Shown: positions 18,369 through 27,578 of the stretch, one piece after another | How the letters are laid out: each line of letters opens with the position of its first letter | Position numbering within the stretch: the first letter of the stretch is position 1 | From: Chthoniobacterales bacterium | Lineage (GTDB): Bacteria; Verrucomicrobiota; Verrucomicrobiia; Chthoniobacterales; Chthoniobacteraceae | Direction: 5' to 3' | DNA: 64,000 bases | Assembly (NCBI GenBank): GCA_038227825.1 | Contig: JBBRPQ010000018.1 | Location: forward strand, 13,675-77,674 | Program-made: the position numbers and the translations under genes | The notes under the pieces: model-generated | What the model was told of the DNA's origin: nothing | What the model saw: the letters and a program-made list of their open reading frames with translations, nothing else | Databases searched by the model: none

Positions 18369-18752
18369 TTGGTGGGACGAGGGAGCAAGGGATAGATAAG
18401 ATGAAAGCCGGGAGAGCCAGAAAGGATTGAGGGTTTTCTGAGCGGGGAAGGTGTGGGAGAAAGAACGAAAGGATGTCACCACATCAATCAACACCATCGG
18501 AATCGGCATCCACAGGAAGAGCTGCGTGCTGGGCGCGCTCAACTGTATGCTTCGCCGCGAGTGGGACGTCGCAGAAGCGGGAAGCGGGTTTCGGATTGTT
18601 CCGCGAAGGTGGGCAAAGTCTGGACGTATCCCGCCGGAAGAACTGACTGCTGGGACTGTGTCGCGAAAGCAGCTTGGTCCCCTTTTTGGCCCTCGAATGG
18701 AGGGCGGGATGGGGATTGTGAATAACTTAAATCGAAGGGATGCGCGGGGTGA

Positions 18753-18780
18753 TTGACACGCCTTTCGCGTGACCCATACT
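18753..18780 (+). promoter_or_regulatory. candidate sigma70-type promoter for the bactofilin genes
   Basis: TTGACA (18753..18758), a 16-nt spacer, then CATACT (18775..18780). It lies about 108 nt upstream of the bactofilin ATG. Confidence 0.25.
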
Positions 18781-18887
18781 CGGCTTACGGTTTCGGACGA
18801 AAGCACAGTTTTCCGCTTCGCTGCCGGCCCTCGCCGGGGTTGCCGGAAGGTGAACGAAATTCAAATCAACCAACTCCAAATACGACC

Positions 18888-19289
18888 ATGGCAGACACTA
18901 CGAACAACCAGAAAAATCTCCTGAGCAGCGATGTCGAAATCAAAGGCTCAATCAAGTTTCAGACCGAACTCACGGTGGACGGGAAGATCGAGGGTGAGAT
19001 CACTTCGCCGGGCGTGCTGACGGTGGGCGAGAATTCGGAAATCAAGGGTGAAATCAAGACGAAGTCTGTGACCGTCTTCGGCAAGGTGCATGGGAACATC
19101 ACGGTGGATGAGCGCTGTGAACTGAAGGGTCGCGCGGTGCTGTATGGCGATCTGAAGGCGACGCGGCTTGTGATCGAGGAAGGTGCGACTTTTGTCGGCA
19201 AGTCCGAGGTGACGCCGAACAAGGTGCAGATGAAGCAGCCGGAGATCGTGCGCGCGCCCGAGGGTCGCGAAGGACGTGGCGGACGGTAG
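18888..19289 (+). CDS. bactofilin (DUF583/CcmA family)
   Basis: The characteristic repeat pattern is present: VEIKGSIKFQTELTVDGKIEGEITSPGVLTVGENSEIKGEIKTKSVTVFGKVHGNITV..LVIEEGATFVGK. Confidence 0.85.
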   Translation: MADTTNNQKNLLSSDVEIKGSIKFQTELTVDGKIEGEITSPGVLTVGENSEIKGEIKTKSVTVFGKVHGNITVDERCELKGRAVLYGDLKATRLVIEEGATFVGKSEVTPNKVQMKQPEIVRAPEGREGRGGR

Positions 19290-19401
19290 CAGACGGGGCT
19301 GAGGCTCTGCCAGGGTTTCTCCGCGCGCGGCGCGGCGGCTTTTTCTGAGCCGTCTCCGCAGTGCGTGTGTCTCTGGCGAGACCGAGGCCGAGAATCCCGC
19401 C

Positions 19402-20214
19402 GTGGCGAAGAACACCCGCAAGAACAGCGATAAGATTTCTGCTGTGTGCCCGCATTGCGGGTTCACGCAGGAGGAGTCTGTCGTGGCGAAGAGCACTTTC
19501 TGCCGGAAGTGTCAGGAGCACTATTCGCTGGAGCGTGCGCTCGCGGGGGAGAAGAGCATCGTGAAGGCGCCGTCGCTTTTTTCAAAGCTGAAGCGACTGG
19601 TGGTGGGCGAGTCGGAGCGCGAGGTGTGCTGCTTCGGCTGCGGGCACAGGCAGGTGCTGAGCACTTCGGCGCAGAGTACGATGTGCCCTGGGTGCGGTGC
19701 GTACATGGACTTGCGGGATTTTAAGATTACGAGCCCATTCGGGCGAAGTGTGCAGACGGCGGGCGAGGTGCATGTGGCTGCAAAAGGGGACGTGACGAGT
19801 ACGCGGCTGATGTGCGGTTCGGCGTTCATCGAGGGGAGTCTGCGGGGCTGCATCGTGTGTACGGGGAAGGCGCGCATCAAAATCAAGGGGCGGCTCACGG
19901 GCATGCTCGATACGCAGCACATGTGCATCGAAAAGGGGGGCGATATGGAGTTCGGGCGGCTGGTGCGGACGAAGCTATTTGAGGTGAATGGAAAGGTTCG
20001 TGCGCGTGTGGTGGCGGACAAGGTGGTGATCGGAAAGACAGGCTGGCTGGAGGGAACGGTGTATGCCCGCGCGATCACGGTGGAGAGTGGTGGGGTATTC
20101 AGTGGCGACCTGAATATCGGGCAGGAGGAATTCGACGTGCCGGAGGAACCGATGGAGACGGATCGAAGCATCGCGCGGTTTGACGATGACAACGCCGCAT
20201 TCGGCCCCGCGTAA
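19402..20214 (+). CDS. bactofilin-like protein with N-terminal double zinc-ribbon
   Basis: GTG start. There are two CxxC..CxxC pairs (CPHCG..CRKC; CFGCG..CPGCG). A bactofilin-type beta-helical repeat follows (VHVAAKGDVTSTRLMCGSAFIEGSLRG..VVIGKTGWLEGTVYARAITVESGGVFSG). Confidence 0.7.
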   Translation: MAKNTRKNSDKISAVCPHCGFTQEESVVAKSTFCRKCQEHYSLERALAGEKSIVKAPSLFSKLKRLVVGESEREVCCFGCGHRQVLSTSAQSTMCPGCGAYMDLRDFKITSPFGRSVQTAGEVHVAAKGDVTSTRLMCGSAFIEGSLRGCIVCTGKARIKIKGRLTGMLDTQHMCIEKGGDMEFGRLVRTKLFEVNGKVRARVVADKVVIGKTGWLEGTVYARAITVESGGVFSGDLNIGQEEFDVPEEPMETDRSIARFDDDNAAFGPA

Positions 20215-20222
20215 ATGGGACT

Positions 20223-20238
20223 GAGGGGCTCACCCCTC
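20223..20238. terminator. short GC hairpin between convergent genes
   Basis: GAGGGG-CTCA-CCCCTC lies between the stops at 20214 and 20244. Confidence 0.25.
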
Positions 20239-20243
20239 CAGAG

Positions 20244-21158
20244 CTACTTAGCCGGAGCGGTAGGAGTCGGCGGGGTAGTCGGCACCGGCGCAGTCGGAAC
20301 TGGAGGTGCGGGCGGGGAAGGGGGAGTCGGCGGTGCAGGGGCGGGTGCTGGTGGTGCGGCGGGCGCTGGGGTGAGGCTCATCGTCGGTGCAGGCGCACCG
20401 GGGATCTGCGGCGGCGTGCCGCCTTGCAAATTGATCGTGGGGGCAGGTGCAACCGGTGCAGGTGCGGGTGCAGGAGTCGGGCGCGGGGAGCCGCCGGTCT
20501 TCCGTCCTGCGGCATTCTTGATTTCCTCCAGCAAAGTGCGCGCATCATAGACGAACGGATTGCCGGGGAATTTCTGCTCCACCGTTTCCAGGAGCTTTTG
20601 CGCGTCGTCGGTTTTGTTGAGCGCCATGAGCACGCGTGCCTGACCGATGGAGGCGAGAGGTGCAAATGCGCTGCGCCCGTGCGCCGCGCCAAACTGCTGG
20701 TAAGCGGTGAGTGCCTCCTCATTTTTCCCAGCAGCCTCCAGCGATGCGGCGAGTGCCTGAGCGGCGCTCACGCGCAAAGGATGCACGGGATACTTGTCGA
20801 TAAATCCGCGCAGTGCCTTGGCTGCCTCCTCGGGTTTGCCTTCCTTGCGAAGTTCCTCGGCGAGTCGCACGGTGGCTGTGCCGGCTGCGGGCGTCCCCGA
20901 CCAGTCGTTGACGGTCTTCTGGAAATCAGCCGCAGTCTTTGCATTTGCGAGGGCCTCTTCGGAACCCACGCGCTTGCGGTAGTCCATGAAAAGATAAGCG
21001 CCCCATGCGGCGACGGCGAGCAGCGCGACGATGACCAGGCGGATGATGAGACGCTGGTGCTCGATCCAAAATGCGAGCAGATCGAACTCCTGCGGCGGCG
21101 GTACCGGAGTGGAGGACGCGGGTATTGGCTCGTTTGAATCCGAGGCGGGTAGGGACAT
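20244..21158 (-). CDS. membrane-anchored TPR-like protein (YfgM-like) with Pro/Ala-rich tail
   Basis: Start at MSLPASD. It has TM helix LIIRLVIVALLAVAAWGAYLF and TPR-like helices. The C-terminal roughly 90 aa are P/A/T-rich. Confidence 0.6.
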   Translation of the reverse strand: MSLPASDSNEPIPASSTPVPPPQEFDLLAFWIEHQRLIIRLVIVALLAVAAWGAYLFMDYRKRVGSEEALANAKTAADFQKTVNDWSGTPAAGTATVRLAEELRKEGKPEEAAKALRGFIDKYPVHPLRVSAAQALAASLEAAGKNEEALTAYQQFGAAHGRSAFAPLASIGQARVLMALNKTDDAQKLLETVEQKFPGNPFVYDARTLLEEIKNAAGRKTGGSPRPTPAPAPAPVAPAPTINLQGGTPPQIPGAPAPTMSLTPAPAAPPAPAPAPPTPPSPPAPPVPTAPVPTTPPTPTAPAK

Positions 21159-21236
21159 AAGGGGCGGGAAGCTTTCAGAGCCATTGCCAAAGTGCAAGCG
21201 CTCGGTTGCTTTCGAGCACGGCATTTTACTCCACCA

Positions 21237-23039
21237 TCAATCTGCAACCTGCGCCACGGCATCCGGTGACGGCGTGCAGGCGGCAAATTCCGCAATGTCC
21301 GTGGCGCACCGCCGGAGATCGGGATACGTGGCATCGGCACCGACTTTGCCGAGGCGTTCGCGTCGCACGGCGAAGGCTGCATCCTCCGTTTTCCAAACGC
21401 CGACAATGATCCGGGTGCCGGGCAACTGGGAGCGCAGGCGCTTGCACAGCGCGCGTGCGGCGATGCTGGAGGCTGGAGGGATCGAGGAGATGCACACGAT
21501 GCGTGGCGCGAGGGCCACGGCTTGCGCGACTTCCTCCGAGGCGAGGAGCGTGGACGACAGCACAGTGGTGGCGACGCCGGATTCTGCCAGGACTTGGGAA
21601 AGCATGAGTGCCGCGAGTTCATCTGCCTCGTGATATGCGGGCAGCAGGAGTATGGGCGCGCCTTCCGAGGCTGCGGGTGTCTGCGAAGGGGCGAGTTCAG
21701 CGATGATTTCGCGCACGATCTGGCAGGCTTCCGAGCGGGCATCTTCGGAAAGTTCCCCGGATCGGAAATCCGACTCGATGACGCGCAGGGCGGGGATCAC
21801 CACCTCGTCGAAGGCCGCAGATGCCGATTTTTCAGTGGCATATTGTTCGACGATGTCGCCCGCTTCCTCATTGTTTAGCGCGAGCAGGCGCTGGTAGAGG
21901 CGGTCGCTGGGGGCGATGGACGGTTTGTCGCCCATCAGCATGTCGAGAAAGGCGAGGTCTGGGAGATATTTCCCGGCTACTGCGAGGCATACCGTCATCG
22001 GCGTCGCAAGCACGAGGCCCACTCCGCCCCAGAGCCAAGTCCAGAAGACTGCGGAGACGACGACTGCAAGTGAGGAAATTTCCGTCGAGGTGCCGTACAG
22101 CCAGGGCTCGATCACGTTTGCCACGATGATCTCCGCGGCGACAAACAGCCCGAGCGTCAGCAGCGGCTGCGACCACGATTGAAACATGGCGATCGAGAGG
22201 GCGAGCGGAAACGCAGCCGCAATCCATGCACCGATGTAGGGCAGGAATCGCAGCACCATCCCGAGCAGTCCCCAGAAGACCGCATTCTGCACGCCGATAA
22301 AATGCAGCCCGATGGCGATGGCGATGCCGAAGCTGGCGTTCACGAGCAATTGCGCCCGCAGGTATCGGCCTATGCGCATCGCGGCCTCGTCGAGCGCCTG
22401 AGTGGTGACGCGCAAGCGGCTGCGACCGAGAAGGTGGATGAGCCTGTCCCGGAGATCTGATCCGGCTAGGAGCATGAAAATCACGATGACGATCACCATC
22501 ACCGTGTTGCCGAGCGGGCCGACGATGGGGGTCAGGAGGTCCATGAGTGTGCGGATGGGATTGTCATCCGCGCGCGTGATCTTGACGGGCATCGGTGCCG
22601 AGTTTGCCGGTGTCGTGACGGGCTCGGCGACGGGTGTTTGTTCCGATTTGGACATTGCCTCGCTAACTTCCGAGAGCGTCCGGCTCGCACGGCCGAGCAG
22701 ACTGTCCCCGCGCAATTTCAAGGCGGAGACTCGCGCGATGAGGTTGTCGCGATACTTAGGAAGTGAGCCCGCGAGATCGAGGAACTGATTCGTGACCAGA
22801 TACGTCAATCCTCCGATGAGCACGAAGGCCATCAACGCGGTGGCTAGCACTGCTCCCACGCGCCCGAAGCACCAGCGTTCCAGCCGCCGGACGAGAGGCG
22901 AGAGGAGGAAGCTCAGCAGTCCTGCGAGCACCAGGGGCAGGAAGAAATCCTGGGCATACCGCAGAGTCGCTGCGGCGATGATGAAGACTGCGATGACCCG
23001 GAGCGGGCCTGCGAAGCCCTTTGGTTCTGTCGATTTCAT
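21237..23039 (-). CDS. AI-2E (PerM/UPF0118) family transporter fused to a C-terminal B12-binding-like domain
   Basis: Start at MKSTEPKG. The AI-2E core includes NVIEPWLYG. The C-terminal roughly 200 aa have a helical cap plus a Rossmann-like segment (ILLLPAYHEADELAALML..IVCISSIP..RIIVGVW). Confidence 0.75.
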   Translation of the reverse strand: MKSTEPKGFAGPLRVIAVFIIAAATLRYAQDFFLPLVLAGLLSFLLSPLVRRLERWCFGRVGAVLATALMAFVLIGGLTYLVTNQFLDLAGSLPKYRDNLIARVSALKLRGDSLLGRASRTLSEVSEAMSKSEQTPVAEPVTTPANSAPMPVKITRADDNPIRTLMDLLTPIVGPLGNTVMVIVIVIFMLLAGSDLRDRLIHLLGRSRLRVTTQALDEAAMRIGRYLRAQLLVNASFGIAIAIGLHFIGVQNAVFWGLLGMVLRFLPYIGAWIAAAFPLALSIAMFQSWSQPLLTLGLFVAAEIIVANVIEPWLYGTSTEISSLAVVVSAVFWTWLWGGVGLVLATPMTVCLAVAGKYLPDLAFLDMLMGDKPSIAPSDRLYQRLLALNNEEAGDIVEQYATEKSASAAFDEVVIPALRVIESDFRSGELSEDARSEACQIVREIIAELAPSQTPAASEGAPILLLPAYHEADELAALMLSQVLAESGVATTVLSSTLLASEEVAQAVALAPRIVCISSIPPASSIAARALCKRLRSQLPGTRIIVGVWKTEDAAFAVRRERLGKVGADATYPDLRRCATDIAEFAACTPSPDAVAQVAD

Positions 23040-23073
23040 CCTGCAGCGCCTTCCCCGTGTGACAAAGGCGGGC

Positions 23074-23247
23074 TTATGATTTCGCTCGCGCGGTGTGAAG
23101 CAGTGCGCACAGGCCGCCGCCGATGAATGCCCATCCGATGATCGGATGCAGGGCCGGAGGATGAACCCCGGTTCGGGCGAGTCCAAAAGTCAGGATCAAT
23201 TCCCCCAGGACCATGAGCAATAGCCCCAAGAGAGCTGGTTTTTTCAT
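23074..23247 (-). CDS. 57-aa hypothetical two-helix membrane peptide (below the ORF-track cut-off)
   Basis: MKKPALLGLLLMVLGELILTFGLARTGVHPPALHPIIGWAFIGGGLCALLHTARAKS. It starts 7 nt after the stop of the UPF0391 gene. Confidence 0.35.
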   Translation of the reverse strand: MKKPALLGLLLMVLGELILTFGLARTGVHPPALHPIIGWAFIGGGLCALLHTARAKS

Positions 23248-23253
23248 GATGGG

Positions 23254-23418
23254 TCAGATTTTCGGACTCCGCCCGGTGAGCAGCGAAACAACCAGAAGCA
23301 CGATGAAGACAAACAGCAGCACTTTGGCGATGGTGAGTGCCGTGCCTGCGATTCCTCCGAAGCCGAAGACGGCTGCAAGGAGGGCGACGATGATGAAGAT
23401 AAGCGCGTAGTGGAGCAT
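23254..23418 (-). CDS. UPF0391/DUF1328 small membrane protein
   Basis: [50 protein letters not shown] matches the family pattern from memory. Confidence 0.7.
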   Translation of the reverse strand: MLHYALIFIIVALLAAVFGFGGIAGTALTIAKVLLFVFIVLLVVSLLTGRSPKI

Positions 23419-23489
23419 GGGTGTGGGATGGATGCATCTTGCGGATGACATCCCCTCATCGCATCTCGCGCCCCTGCTGCGCTTCTATT

Positions 23490-24350
23490 TCAATCGCGCA
23501 GTCCCGGAATTCTTCCGTAGCCGATGAATGTGCTGCGCAAATCGCCGTTCACGGGAGCCCGCGGCATCGTGAAATCAAAGACGCTCACGCCATTCCGCTT
23601 TTGCCCGCGATAGCTGCGGCCATCGCTGGAGCCGGCCATTACTTTTGCCCCGGTGGATTTTTCCGTGCCGAGGTAGAGCATCGCGTGCGAGACCGGCGGG
23701 TCGTGGTCGGTCGCATAGGTGCCTGTCCAGAAAAGCAGGTCGCCAGGGAGCATTTCGTCCATTTCAAAAGTATCCGGCTTGCGGCTCACGACGGCACGGA
23801 AGCCGCGCGCTCGGCGGACCCATACATATTGTCCGCTCGAATCCCGCGGCGTCTGCGTGAACCCATGCTGTCGCAGCACAAAATAGATGAAGCCCGAGCA
23901 ATCCATCCCACCGGTTTTTGGATCACAGGAACCGAAGGTGTAGGTGAGATTTTGCCGGGTAAGCTCCAGGGAGGATTCAATGAGCCGCTTCACCGCGGGA
24001 GGCTGCGCCTGAAATTCGAGAAGGTCGTCCGTTGCAATGGTCGCACTCGGTGCCGCTGCCGAAGTGGTCGGTGGCGTCGTCTCTTTCTCCGCATCGGCCT
24101 TTGTTGCCTTCGCCTTGGTCTCCTGATTATTCGCTGTCGTCTCGTCGGAATTCTGCGCGGTCGGTTTTCGAGGCGTGCGCGGCTTCTTTTTCGGAGGAGA
24201 TGTTTCCGTGTCCTCGTCCACCGGTTTCTTCCGGAACTTTGTCGCTGCGAGGGCGCCATCCGTTCGTCCAAAGACGAAACATCCGATCACGAAGAATGCC
24301 ATGGGGCGGAGGAGCGCACGAATGCCGCTATTGTGTGGGCTTTTCCGCAT
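23490..24350 (-). CDS. NlpC/P60 (C40) peptidase with Lys/Thr/Glu-rich linker
   Basis: Signal/TM region, low-complexity linker, catalytic Cys in GGMDCSGFIYFVL, and His in HAMLYLG. Confidence 0.8.
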   Translation of the reverse strand: MRKSPHNSGIRALLRPMAFFVIGCFVFGRTDGALAATKFRKKPVDEDTETSPPKKKPRTPRKPTAQNSDETTANNQETKAKATKADAEKETTPPTTSAAAPSATIATDDLLEFQAQPPAVKRLIESSLELTRQNLTYTFGSCDPKTGGMDCSGFIYFVLRQHGFTQTPRDSSGQYVWVRRARGFRAVVSRKPDTFEMDEMLPGDLLFWTGTYATDHDPPVSHAMLYLGTEKSTGAKVMAGSSDGRSYRGQKRNGVSVFDFTMPRAPVNGDLRSTFIGYGRIPGLRD

Positions 24351-24485
24351 GAGTGAACACACCTTCAGTCACATTCAGGGAAATGCAAAGAGGGAGGACC
24401 GACCTTTTAAATGATTCGCTCCGATGGCCGTCCGCGGCGCGCTGTCCTTGACTCCATGGCTTCGCTCCGCTCGCATCCTCATCGC

Positions 24486-25520
24486 ATGAAACTCCTCAGA
24501 TCGTTTGTCCTCTCCCTCGCATTCGCCGCATCCGCATCCGCTGACGATCAGTGGATCACGTATGAGGGCAAGGAGGGGCCGGGAAAAGGCAAGCGCGTGG
24601 TCCTGCTCGCCGGGGACGAGGAATATCGCTCGGAGGAAGTGCTGCCGATGCTGGGTAAATTGCTCAGCCAGCGACATGGCTTCACATGCACCGTGCTGTT
24701 TGCGATTCACAAGGAGACCGGCGAGATCGATCCAAACACGCCCGACAATCTGCCGGGCGCTGAAGCGATCGACAAGGCGGACGTCGTCATCACCTCACTC
24801 CGCTTTCGTCGCTGGCCGGACGAGCAGTTGAAGCATTTCGCCGACTACGTGAAGGCGGGAAAGCCAGTCATCGGATTGCGCACGAGCACGCACGCTTTCT
24901 CGGGTATCAAGGGCGAATACTCCAAGTTCAATGCGTTCGGGAAAGAGGTGTATGGCGAGGGATGGGTGAGCCATTGGGGCAGGCACAAGAGCGAAGCGAC
25001 GCGCGGTGTGATCGAGGCCGCTGCAAAGGATGATGTGCTGCTGCGTGGTGTGAGCGATCTCTTCGGCGACACCGATGTGTATGAGGCCTACCCGCCTGCC
25101 GATGCGAAGGTCCTCGTCCGCGGCATTGTGCTCAAGGGCATGAAGCCGGAAGACGAACCGGCCGATTACAAAAAAAAGCGCGCAACCGACAAGGAAGAGC
25201 AGCAGGTGAATTCGCCCGCGATGCCCGTCGTCTGGACTCGTGTAAATGACAACGGATTCGGCAAGGGCAACAAAGTCCTGTGCACCACGATGGGCTCTGC
25301 GACCGACCTTCAGAATGAGGGCCTGCGCCGTCTCATCGTCAATGCGGTGTATTCTTTCGCGGGGCTGGATGTGCCCGCGAAGGCGAACGTCGAATACGTG
25401 GATCCCTTCAGGGCGCTTTTCTATGGATTCAATGGCTACCGAAAGGGGCTCAAAGTCTCCGACATGGCATTGGGCAAGGAACTGCCCGAACTTCCGCTGG
25501 CGAACGAAAAGAAAAAGTAG
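24486..25520 (+). CDS. secreted ThuA-like (class-I glutamine-amidotransferase-like fold) protein
   Basis: Start at MKLLRSFVLSLAFAASASA. The body includes KRVVLLAGDEEYRSEE..DVVITSLRFRRWPDEQLKHFADYVKAGKPVIGLRTSTHAF. The assignment is tentative. Confidence 0.55.
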   Translation: MKLLRSFVLSLAFAASASADDQWITYEGKEGPGKGKRVVLLAGDEEYRSEEVLPMLGKLLSQRHGFTCTVLFAIHKETGEIDPNTPDNLPGAEAIDKADVVITSLRFRRWPDEQLKHFADYVKAGKPVIGLRTSTHAFSGIKGEYSKFNAFGKEVYGEGWVSHWGRHKSEATRGVIEAAAKDDVLLRGVSDLFGDTDVYEAYPPADAKVLVRGIVLKGMKPEDEPADYKKKRATDKEEQQVNSPAMPVVWTRVNDNGFGKGNKVLCTTMGSATDLQNEGLRRLIVNAVYSFAGLDVPAKANVEYVDPFRALFYGFNGYRKGLKVSDMALGKELPELPLANEKKK

Positions 25521-25577
25521 CAGTCAGGAATCGCGCGCGACTCGCACCTGTGCGCATGAAGCGCCGCCGGGATTCCG

Positions 25578-26678
25578 TCACTCGTCTTCCTGCCAGGCTG
25601 GCCGGCGTCGGTCGTTTGCGATGTCGGCGCTGTTGCCCGCGAGCGCCACTTCGCGCCATCCGGACGAGTCGAAAAAGAAACGCCTGCTCGTGATTTTTAC
25701 GAACATGGACTCGATCGGGTGCATCGCCTCCGCGGGGATTTTCACCTCTGTGAATCCGTCCTTTACCCGCACCGTGCAGCGGCGGAGAAGCGCGCCGGAC
25801 GTCTCGTCCTGCATCTCCATCGTGCGGCTGCGTGCAGGAAGGGTGAGCGACCAGCGGATCATCCCGAGCGGAATGCTCTGGGCTGCGATAAAAAGCCTGC
25901 GCCTCGGGAGCGGCGTGCGGCCCGTGCGGATGCGCAGTCGCAGAGCGCCATCGATGAATTCCGCCTCGCGCACCGGATGAAATTCGGACGCAAAGGCCGG
26001 GGCTGCGATGGCATCGTAAGGTTCCTCGCTCCTCGCGTATGCAGTGAAGCGACGGCGACTCAGCGCCATCTGCGTCTCGTGGCAGAGGATGGCGTGCCGC
26101 TTGTCGCGCACCTCGGAGTCCGTGAGCCGCAGCAAAAGTGAGGGCCAGGGCGCGGAATTGCCGCGGCGGTGCACGACATAGGTGAAGATGCGGCAGCCGC
26201 GTGCGCCGAGAACGCAGCTGAATGCGAATCGCGCCAGCACATGCATCGCGCTGTGGTCCGGGTGCGCATCATCCGCCGAAGGCAGCACGACGATCGTCGG
26301 TCGCAGCGCCGCGAATTCCGCGCGCAGAGTGGCGATGGCCTGCTCACCGCCATGGAGCAGCACGCGGGTGACACCTTGGTCGGGAAGATTCAGGAAATTG
26401 GCAGACTCGTCATTCCCCAGGAGAAATCGCAAGGCCGCACGGGCTTCCTCACGCCTCCGCGCCGCCCACCGCAGGCGTGCGGATGTCGTCACAAACAGCC
26501 GCTTTTCAATCGCCCGCTGCGGCCACGGATTGTTATCGCCGCTTGTGGAGAAAATCACGCGCACCTCCGCGCCCGCCTGCCGCGCCCGCTGCAGCAATCC
26601 GCCGGTGCCGATGGATTCATCGTCCGGATGCGGTGCGATGACCAGAATGCGGTCCTTCGATGAAATGGAAAGCGCCAT
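25578..26678 (-). CDS. PIG-L/LmbE family deacetylase with extra C-terminal domain
   Basis: ILVIAPHPDDESIGTGG and the HPDH motif are present. The start is either ATG 26678 or ATG 26792. Confidence 0.75.
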   Translation of the reverse strand: MALSISSKDRILVIAPHPDDESIGTGGLLQRARQAGAEVRVIFSTSGDNNPWPQRAIEKRLFVTTSARLRWAARRREEARAALRFLLGNDESANFLNLPDQGVTRVLLHGGEQAIATLRAEFAALRPTIVVLPSADDAHPDHSAMHVLARFAFSCVLGARGCRIFTYVVHRRGNSAPWPSLLLRLTDSEVRDKRHAILCHETQMALSRRRFTAYARSEEPYDAIAAPAFASEFHPVREAEFIDGALRLRIRTGRTPLPRRRLFIAAQSIPLGMIRWSLTLPARSRTMEMQDETSGALLRRCTVRVKDGFTEVKIPAEAMHPIESMFVKITSRRFFFDSSGWREVALAGNSADIANDRRRPAWQEDE

Positions 26679-27317
26679 GGGCAATTCGCAAATTAGCGGG
26701 CGGGCTCTGGATGGCAATGCGCAAGATGACTCTGCGAACGCGCACTCTCTGCGCGTGTCGGCCCGCACGCTGCGGAATAATCCATTAGTCATCCCTGTGT
26801 TCCGATAGGGAACCCGGTTTTCCGTGAGAAAATGTTTGAATCCATTGGTGGCTTTTTAGTTTTCATTCATGCCGATGTCTGCGGTCCCTCCAGTAATGGT
26901 TGTTCATCGTGTCCCTGCGAGCGGGTTGGATAGAATTTTGCCCAACCCGGCCAGTCGGGGAACTTTGCCCCACAGAGACCGGTGCAACAGCAGCCCGCCG
27001 TAAGTCTCCCCGCGTCGCCGCAAAGCCGTCTTCCCCAGGAAAAAATCCCCTCGAACGGAGTGCCGCAAAGTGCCGTGCCGGCAAATGAAATGCCTGCAAA
27101 TCCGGCTTCCGAAGGTGTGCCAGTGGCGAATGTAAATCCCAGCGCTCCCCTTCCTCCTTCCCGCTCGTAGCAACCCAGATCCAACCAGTGAGGGGCAAGC
27201 AAGCGTTTTCCGGGGTGCTGGATCGAAGTATCCGTGAAACATCCGTTGACAACGCAGTGCTCCGCCTGCAACCTCCAATCCCTTTTTTCCAATAGGGAAA
27301 CCGCACTACCAACCGAT

Positions 27318-27533
27318 ATGATGAGCCATCTTGTAGATGAAGCCGCAAAGAAGATTAACAATGTTCCCTTTCTGGTGAACATGGTCTCAAAGCGGGTTCG
27401 CCAGTTGACCGCCGGGCATCGCCCGATGATCGAGCCCACTCCGAAGATGGGATTCGCGGATATCGCGCTCCAGGAAATCATCGAGGGAAAGCTCAGCTAC
27501 GAGCTGAAGGCGGTCGAAGAAGTGAAGGAATAG
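27318..27533 (+). CDS. rpoZ: DNA-directed RNA polymerase subunit omega
   Basis: MMSHLVDEAAKKINNVPFLVNMVSKRVRQLTAG...ADIALQEIIEGKL fits the RpoZ pattern. Confidence 0.75.
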   Translation: MMSHLVDEAAKKINNVPFLVNMVSKRVRQLTAGHRPMIEPTPKMGFADIALQEIIEGKLSYELKAVEEVKE

Positions 27534-27578
27534 CGTCGGCCCGGCCTATAAAGGGCCGCGGGCTGTCAGCATTAAAGC

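Noticed and set aside
20215-20550. 111-aa Gly/Ala-rich plus-strand ORF.
   Set aside because: It is the antisense reading of the Pro/Ala-rich tail of the TPR-like gene (20244..21158).
26930-27010. Possible RNase P RNA: CCGGTGCAACAGCAGCCCGCCG resembles the conserved GUGCAACAG..ACCGCC segment, and AAATCCGGCTTCC at about 27097 resembles the P4 3-prime strand.
   Set aside because: The universally conserved GGAAAGUCCGGGC block is absent on either strand. The spacing between the look-alike segments is far too short, so the resemblance is judged coincidental.
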